From the NCBI RefSeq assembly GCF_018977255.1, contig NW_024704807.1:248001-292590 (forward strand): DNA of 44,590 nucleotides, written 5' to 3'. Below, one piece after another: positions 36,517 to 44,590 of the stretch; position 1 is the first letter of the stretch, and the number at the start of each line of letters is the position of its first letter. Source of the DNA: Callorhinchus milii. Lineage: Eukaryota. Both the position numbers and the translations under genes were made by a program. A model generated the notes under the pieces. It worked only from the letters and a program-made list of their open reading frames with translations, had not been told where the DNA came from and did not search any database.

Positions 36517-36669
36517 TATCTTTTCCACCCTTTCGTTCTCTCTTAATCGGTTTTCTTTCTTTCTTCGACTTTCATATCTTACATATTCAGAAATCGATGC
36601 GTACCAGCAAGCTTGATATTAACTTTTATACATTTATTAAATGTATAAACTTAAATGATATTACATTTA

Positions 36670-37135
36670 TAGAGCGCCCTTCACGTCGGGAGGACGTCCC
36701 AAGGCGCTGGACCAAGTTGGGTCAGGATCCGAGCAAGGAGGAAATGGACAGTGTGAGGGTTGGAAAGGGAGGGAGCGAGGAGGGGGGAAATGGTCAGGGT
36801 GAGGGGAGGGAAGGGAGGGAGCGAGGAGGGGGTAGAGAGTCGAATGAGGAGCTGACGGCAAGTTGAAAGAGAAAGATCTTGAGACCGGCCTTGAAGGAGG
36901 AAAGGGAGGAGGCGGCGAAGGCACTGGGGATAGGGTTCCAGAGCCTGGGGGCTGAGAGGCTGAAGGCCCGACCACCGATGGTAGGGCGGTTGGGGCGGGG
37001 GACATGGAGCAGACCAGAGCCAGAGGAACGGAGGGTACGGGCGGGTAGGTAGGGGGATAGTAGGTTGGAGAGGTAGGAGGGATCGAGGCCGTGAATGGCC
37101 TTGTAGGTGAGGATGAGGATCTTGAATTCGATCCT
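36670..37135 (-). mobile_element. Relatively young LINE (L2/CR1-like) 3' fragment inserted in the cassette 3 intron
   Basis: GC- and purine-rich block absent at the homologous position in cassettes 1 and 2; ends in cgccttgggacgtcctcccgacgtgaagggcgctcta, the tail shared with the SINE family. Confidence 0.7.
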
Positions 37136-37574
37136 CTGGGGCTCTGGAGAAGTTTATATAATATTACACATTGGAGCCAGTTCAGTTCGAAAGAAACCCC
37201 ACTTCTTGGGAGAATTGAGGAGGATAGGGATTTTTATCATTTCCTTTGACCCAAGATATCTTGCTTCAAGTAAACACCGGAATTTACAGTCAACAATTCC
37301 TCTTGGTATATCTCTTTGGAACCAATATCCAGACAAAGTTAGTGACTTTACAAAACATAAAATAAAAGCTGGTCATTTGAGGAACAGGCTTCATATTCGG
37401 AGCTCAGTAGTCCTTTTTGCAACACAGAATGTTTTTTTCTTGATAACTGCTCAAGTGGGTTGTAGGAAATGCTCAGTTGTAAATAATTGGTAGCCATCGT
37501 TTAGAATAATACATTTTACAAATTGCCGTGAATATCGTTCCATTGTAGCTCTAAATAATTGTTTTATCACTTAC

Positions 37575-37630
37575 TTTCTGTTACAGTTAAAATAGTTCCT
37601 GTTCCGTCTTCTGTGTATTCATCACAATAC
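37575..37630 (-). CDS. NAR-TCR J segment 3 (YCDEYTEDGTGTILTVTE)
   Basis: RSS AGGTTTTGC (37661-37669), 23 bp, GACTGTG (37631-37637); donor GTAAGT at 37574. Confidence 0.92.
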
Positions 37631-38010
37631 CACAGTCACACAACTCTCATCCTACACAGTGCAAAACCTGTTGTATCAGATCATGGTTTAATACTGTCAC
37701 AAATAAAACTAGAACGTTGACAAATGGGTCAATAATTTCGATTTGTCCAACACTTTCCGATATTTAGACTTTTTATTTGTCCAAATCGTGTTTCTCTTCA
37801 TTATTTCCACCCAAATGCTGACGAAGTTGACGGCCCAGCGAACAGCTTTCTGGAAAATTGATGCAAAATATCAGCTTGAAATAAATAATATTGAGAGTAA
37901 GCTTTCGACATATTCAGCAACATAAAATACGACACAATTTTCAGTGATCAAGTCTGATGTATTTTCATGAAAATAGCTGCGCGGTATTTGTGCTGTTGTT
38001 TTGCACGGTG

Positions 38011-38026
38011 ACCCTCCCAACTACAG
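38011..38026 (-). other. NAR-TCR D segment 3 (CTGTAGTTGGGAGGGT), RSS 12/12
   Basis: 5' RSS GGTTTTTGT (38046-38054), 12 bp, TACTGTG (38027-38033); 3' RSS CACCGTG (38004-38010), 12 bp, ACAAATACC (37983-37991). Confidence 0.9.
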
Positions 38027-38407
38027 CACAGTATTTAATGTCAACACAAAAACCAATGGTTTGAACAACAATTGATATGTTTTCTGCAATTTTATAGCAA
38101 CCAATCAATGACATAACGTGTAAAATTCTTTGGAATATTGTCGCAGTAGGACATTGCATGTCTCTGCAATAAGTTGTTATTGATACGAAACCAGGCAGAA
38201 TTCTTACGACAGATTCATAATGATTTTTCCTAAGTATTCATAACTAATAGTCGTCTCTTAAATGAAGTGATATTAAACATCACTGTACATCTCGCAGCAA
38301 TGAGGAATGCGCATTGAACTCATTGACAAGTTCACATTCTCTGTGTTTTACCTGTGAGTTGTTGATTGGCCTTTTTGTATTGTTGGAAGCCCAGATACAG
38401 CATTGTG

Positions 38408-39143
38408 AACAACTACCATCGCTATACCAGCTCCAGAGATATCGAGCTTTACAGTAATAGACAGCGCTGTCATCAACTTGCAAATCATTAATTTCCAGAG
38501 AAGAGGAGCACGATCCCTTGTCTGTCTTTTCAACAAACCGTCCTTCACGAGGGATGGGTTTCCAATCACTTTCATTTGGAAACCGCCTATAATACTCCAT
38601 ACTTTTGAATACGCTTTGATAACTTGCTGAGAAGACACAGTTGATGGTTAAAGAGTCGCATTCTTCTCTCCTAATCGGGGACGGTGTCTGCGTTACTTTA
38701 GCGCCGAAAACATCTGAAACTTATTCACAGAATTATATCAGTTTAACAGATCTTCAAATTTGACCACTTCTATTACAAATCCATTGCAAGCATTGGTTTT
38801 TTTTCCCTTGATATCAGCAAATACAATATAATCATGATTATGTAATATAATTATAATATTAAGTAGTCCATATCATTGTAATGTATAACGAAATTAAAGC
38901 AAAATTATTGACTGCCGCGTTCCGCCCACAAAATAGAAAGTTATTTCAGTACACAAACCAATGTTTGAAGCGACCTGAGACGTCCCATCCACATCTTAAC
39001 GCTATACATCAATTACACGGATTATTTATATTGTGCAAATATAGTATTGATGACATTCACTGCTGCAGTGTAGTGCTGTGCTGTGGAAACAACCACTTAC
39101 ATTGTAAGAAGAGGAAGGAGATGGAGACACAGAGGAGAGACAT
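38408..39143 (-). CDS. NAR-TCR V segment 3: leader 39101-39143, V exon 38408-38713
   Basis: MSLLCVSISFLFLQ/GTAAGT; ...REECDSLTINC...YYCKARYLWSWYSDGSC; RSS CACAATG (38401-38407), 22 bp, ACAAAAAGG (38370-38378). Confidence 0.92.
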
Positions 39144-39954
39144 CCTCTCACCGCTGGGAGTTACCGTCAGCCCCGGACAACTCAGAGTGACTGTGAGTAA
39201 CACAGGGCTGTTCTGTAAGAGTGTTGGAGAGAGACTTGGTTTATTTGTGATGAACAGCGTCACATCATGGCTGGTGACAGCAGCTTTGAGGGGTGGTTGG
39301 GGGGTGGTTGGGGTGTGGAGGGTAAGAATATACATGAGGATAGGGACTGACTCACTGTGCCCGAGAGCAGCGGACAGAGAGGGCGATTTGGGAATAACTG
39401 TTCGAGTCTCATTTAGGTTTAAATAGACAATTGACGGGGAAGCCAACGAGATGGAGTATAACCTGACACTGTGAGTGGACAAATGCTGTGTGATGTAGAG
39501 AGGAACTATACTGAGAATTGGGAAGTAGACATAAAGAAACTACTTACACACCTTTGACTTGGAGTGAGTCCTGTTACAGTGACAAGCAGCAGGACGGGGA
39601 AGCCGGTCAGGTCAACAGGGAGTTTGCGAGATATGGGTGATGATGGGTGCCAAGGAGGAGGGAAAAATAGGGGTAAAGGAGTATGGGGTGGGGCGGTATA
39701 TAATCCGTGGGAAGATTGGGGTTGACAAAGGGATGATGGTCTGAAGGGGGATAGAGAGGAGAAAGAGAGGGCAGTTCATAAAATGTTTTCTTTACAGCAT
39801 ACACGTGAAGAGGTTTATCACGACGTAACCATATGGCAATGCACAGTATGAAACACAAGCATTCTTGTTAATAATTAATGACTCGGATTTTCTGTCTCTA
39901 TTCTGTGTGTCTGTGTGTTTCTCTTTCTGAGTGTTTGTTTGTCTTTTTTCTTTC

Positions 39955-40125
39955 TGTTTCTCTCTCTCTCTCTCTCTGTCTCTCTCGCTCGCTCTATTTA
40001 ACTGAATACTTAAGAAACTTTCCTTGCTGCACGCATGCACACACACAGAAACACACACACACACGCACACACTCACACACAGACACACACACTCACACAC
40101 ACAAAAACACACACACTCACACACA
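39955..40125. repeat. (CT)n and imperfect (CA)n microsatellites
   Basis: Direct dinucleotide runs near 39955-39990 and 40035-40125. Confidence 0.9.
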
Positions 40126-41298
40126 AACAGAAATACTCGGTTTAGTGGTAAGTACAAACTTGTACTTTACCGCTTGTCTTTCTAATGTTGGATCGCTTTC
40201 CAGCGGTAAACATCCCTACAATTTAATAATAATAATTTGATTACTTGATCCATGACGGTGTATGCAAACGTGCTTCTGTCGGTTCGCTTCGCCTACAAAA
40301 CCCCGTCACTACACTTTACAGTATATTCTGAGGAAAGCTTTGAGGCATCTCGTTGACGTGATGATTTAAGGAGTGTGAGGAGAGAGCTGAACTCAAGTGG
40401 AATCAATATTTTGTGATTTTGTTTTGACATTAACGATGGACTAGGAGGTGAAAGCAGTTTGGGACTGTGGGTGAGGGAGAGTAGATATATTAGGTCATGT
40501 TGGATCCCGTTTTATTCTTATAACCATAATAATCCTTGCATTTGATACTCAACATTTTCACGTCCCAAAGCCATTGAAAAATAAACTGAAGAGTTGATCT
40601 ATTTCATGTTGAGGTGGTAAAGCGAATCAGCCAATTGTGCTCATCAGTGGCCCACAAACAGTCGTAGATTGAGTGACCGAATTAATATTTTAGTTATGTA
40701 ATTATTGACATGTTTTAAAATAAACATGTAATTGCTTTATTTTAAGGGATTATTGCCGCCGGTAAGTTGTCTTGCAAACGAATAACATGGGTGTTCCTAT
40801 TTATTGTTAAATATACAAAGGCGAGTGTGGCTTAAGGTTTCTCCCCACCCGAGAATCAAACTCAGATCATCTGACTTGCGAAACTTGTTTTCTAACCACA
40901 AAGTTAAAAGACTCCACATTATTGCACGAATGAGGTATTTTACTGATGTGAAAGCTGCTGTTTAACAGTCTGTTTTATTGTATTGTTAAATGTCGGCACC
41001 TATCGGTATTTCAGTAGAATGACAGTGTGTATTCGTGGTTTGAGTGACCAAATTATTACTATTATTTAAAGAACGTATTAACCCCAGGAACCAATCCCTC
41101 CATCGACTAACAATCGTGTTCTTATTTACTGCTAAACAAACTGAATTGTGTGGAGTAAGGAAAGTTGCTCAATATTTTGCAAGGCTGGGAATCAAACACA
41201 AGTCTATCGTTTGCGAGGCGAGTGCTCTAACCACTGAGCTGCAAGGCTCCACCTTGGGAGGTTTTTGTACAGGGAAGTCATTGACTTGCAGCACTGTG

Positions 41299-42019
41299 CT
41301 TCTGTTCTTAAGCCACAATAATATGTGGCAGCGTCAGTGACAATGACACTGGATATGCTTAATGTGGTTTTTCTCTGATTCGTGTCAAGCTGTGAAGTGA
41401 AACGGCCTTTGGCGAAATCTGCTCTGTAGATATTTCCATTTGTTGTCCTGTAGAGAATGTATTGGGGAGCGAGGCCTGGGTGATGTCTGTACCAGTACAG
41501 AGCAGCATAGGACGAGCTCGTGGTATATGAGCAGCTCAAACTCACACTGTCTCCCTCTTGTATGGTCAGCTCCGTTATTTGCTGTCTGACTGAATCTCCC
41601 AGCACCGCATCTGCAACGAAAGGAATAAGATGAACATCAGGCACCGCGCTATTTTAGTCCTGTAGCTCAGTGGTCAGTGAACTCACCTCACAAGCGAGAG
41701 GATTTGGGTTCTTTTTCCTTGCAGGACAGGGAGAAAACTTACGCAAGTTTTGTTCTGCAATTTCCAAAAGCGTTTCGCTCAACAGGCATCTCGTTTAGGT
41801 TAAGGCGTTTTATCAAATGTAAGATTTAGTGTCACTTACATTTCATTCCTAACATCTCAATCCCAACCCCAGGTCGAGCGATCAGCCGGGTCTGCCAAAC
41901 AAAATGAGCCGTCCTACAGATTATAGAACGTCTATATCAGTTTTAGTCTCCGTTGCACATTTCGCAGCCTCACCTGACATAAAACTCAACACGAGAAGGT
42001 AGTCGATGAACAGCCGCAT
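41299..42019 (-). CDS. Intact TCR alpha/delta V segment, family D copy 2 (leader 41974-42019, V exon 41299-41610)
   Basis: MRLFIDYLLVLSFMS/GTGAGG; VSLSCSY...LYWYRH...DAATYYCGLR; RSS CACAGTG (41292-41298), 23 bp, ACAAAAACC (41260-41268). Confidence 0.93.
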
Positions 42020-43190
42020 TGTCGGTTCTTCAGCAAAATGCCTTTGACATCAGAGTCTGTTGATGGAAAGTGTTTGTTGAGGATTACGAGTTTGAACATC
42101 ACATCAGTGACCCCACAGCAGCATTTCCTTGACACACCGACCCCGTGGCATTGTCTCGGTGCTAAATGTGGGCGTTGGGCTTCACTCATTTACAAGCTCA
42201 ACGATTTCAGAGCAACCATAAGATGATGTCAAAGCTCCTGTGAATAAAATTTTCGTGAAAAAAATCATAATAATCCTTGCATTTGGTAAATCGTCGTCAA
42301 TTACAAAAATAAACAGCTATACGTAGCGTATATGACGTTGTTCGGACGTCCCTGGTGGCTGGACAGTGAAGGAGTTTGTACTAAGGATTAGAAAAGGGAG
42401 AAAGCATGGTGGGTGGAGGAGGGATTTTCACTGAAGACTCGGTTGAGAAGGATGGTCTTCTTGAATGGCGCAAGGGGACACAATTTTTTGTTAGATGTTA
42501 TAGATCCTACTCCACCTTTAAATGTTACCGTAGTGCTGCCACCCAACCACAGCGATCTCAACAAACACTACCAGCCCGGAGACTCACTTCCATCTGCAAG
42601 GATATCGCTAAATGTTTCGAGTCGTTCCGTCGGATATTTAACATCCACCTGAACAGACATGGATTAAGTGACCAACATTATTTTTTGAAGCGAATATTAC
42701 AAACCGAGAAAACCGATCCAAGAATCCATTTACAATCGGGTTACTAGTCACCGCTAGGTAAATAGAGAAGTGTGTATGGATTGAGGAAAATTGTCTAAGG
42801 TATCATCCGGCCCTTGATGGAACTAGGGACCTCTCGTTTGTGAGGGGAATGCTGTTCCTACTCCGCCATAACGTTCCGTTTAGTAAAGCATAGAGTCATG
42901 ATCCGTATTTATTTTATCTGCAAACCGAAGTAAATGAATCTCAGCTGCAACTGCAACTCTTCATTAATTGCTGTCTGCATTATTTGTGACAATTAATGAT
43001 GTGAGAGTTTAGCTGACAAGTTGATGTGAGCTGAATGTGGTTTCCTCTTAGTCTCGCTACAGACATGTCTGCGCGCCACAGTGCCTCAAGGCCTGACCAA
43101 GGTTCCCCACACACTTCAACAGACAGACCACTCCATGCACGAAGTGAAGGCAGTTTTTGTACGAGACTTGCAGCGCAGCCTATCACTGTG

Positions 43191-43867
43191 GTGAGACTAA
43201 AGGCACAGTAATACACAGCGCTGTCACACACCACCAGCTCAGAATTCTGTATTAAACAAGGAAAAGCACAACAATATATTACTTAATCTAGGCCTGAAAG
43301 GAAACGAGTTATACATTTGACACTTGTTTATAATTACATCATAACCTGTATATTTTATAGATCACATTATCACGGTGTTGAGACGTCGGTGTGCGCTATA
43401 CAGAATGTTCTATCTAGTTAATTTCTGTGTATTTTTTTGAGCGAAATTGCGCACAGCAGTTTCACTAGAACAGTTGTGGAACGAGTTAGCAAATTATTAT
43501 TTACAGACAAGTAATGGTTATTGCCCGCGAGAAAGTGATCGGCCTAACGACTCAAAACCAATGAATGGAGAAATTGATACTTGGAAGGTGTATTGCTCAG
43601 TTTTATAAAGTATCCGGGTTCCTGCTTCGTCCAAGGTATAGAGAGGCGTTTCTGTGGAGTAACGAAATTTGCCTTAGATTTCTCCCTGCTGGGGAATCGA
43701 TCCCAGCTCCACTCGCGAGGCGGAAGATCCAACTACTGAGATATAGGTTTCACTCCACATTTGTCGTTTATATGGAGCTTAGCATCATCACCAACACTGA
43801 ATTAGCTCAATACGGCCTCACCTGACATAAAGGTTCCCAGCAAAAGACAGACAGCAAACAGCCTCAT
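43191..43867 (-). pseudogene. TCR V family E copy 3: leader (43822-43867) and RSS intact, V exon deleted except for the last ~50 nt
   Basis: Remnant LVVCDSAVYYCAFSL; RSS CACAGTG (43184-43190), 23 bp, ACAAAAACT (43152-43160). Confidence 0.82.
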
Positions 43868-44590
43868 TGCTGCTCTTCAGTCTGTGTGGTTGTGTCTGTG
43901 CCATTAGTTTGCTGATAACCCGCAGTGATTGTCGGCATTGGCGGAGCCACAGTCTCACGTCACCTCATTGGCATCTCAGCCGCGTTTCAATACAAAAACC
44001 AATTGCTTTTATACCGCGGCTTTCACCAGTCACTTGGGGCAGGGAATACTCTCATTCACCTACTGTTAAACCTGCAAGCCAAAGTGCGAAATGGAAGGAT
44101 GGTGATAGCCTGACAAACAGTGGGAAAGCTTTTCAAAAGCGAAATCAATAACACGCTTTGTTCATTGAGCAACTTAGATGACAGCAGATTCCCCAACGCA
44201 CACTCTGAAGGCCCCACGTTTTGGGTCTCGCCTAATACTCTTCAGAATTAAGTAAGCAGAGAGAGAGTTTACATTCAATTCCAATAATTTGTCTTTGAGA
44301 TTTCCATGTGTACGTGGAAAACATGGAAATGGCAGTTTTGCTTTGGATATTCATAAGCACAGTGATTGTTTTGTTCATTTACTGTCTCCCACAAAATAAC
44401 AGAGAGACAGACTGAAACGGCTATATTTAAAGTATCAACATTTTAATTTATTATCAGTGGTTCCTTGTAAAGTATTCTCACTCTTCGCTGATTACATTAA
44501 TGGTGCGATCTGAACTTTATTTGATCATACACCAAAATTCTGGACGAACTGTTGCTCCTGAAAGCCTTTCCAGCCGTGTCTGTATAGAAA

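Noticed and set aside
1-44590. CRISPR arrays, prokaryotic operons, rRNA, Ig or TCR constant exons
   Set aside because: None seen. Recurrent motifs are RSSs, SINEs and segmental duplicates, and no C1-set exon was recognised.

Overview
Eukaryotic, repeat-rich DNA from a cartilaginous fish antigen-receptor locus: a TCR alpha/delta V-segment array, all on the minus strand. The species cannot be determined from the sequence alone. The window is an approximately 15.5 kb unit repeated about three times. Each unit holds conventional TCR V segments (46-52 nt leader exon, V exon, 23-bp-spacer RSS; mostly pseudogenes) and one NAR-TCR cassette: leader, IgNAR-like V (RSS22), D (RSS12/12), J (RSS23), then a leaderless supporting Vdelta with a CDR1 Cys (RSS23). 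Main finding: the middle cassette has an extra exon (22038-22388) between its J and its supporting Vdelta. It is an intact, leaderless, RSS-free, germline pre-joined NAR V(D)J exon with in-phase splice sites. This predicts a TCRdelta chain with three V domains (rearranged NAR-V, invariant NAR-V, rearranged Vdelta). No constant region and no TCR D/J segments are in the window. All coordinates and alignments were read by hand.
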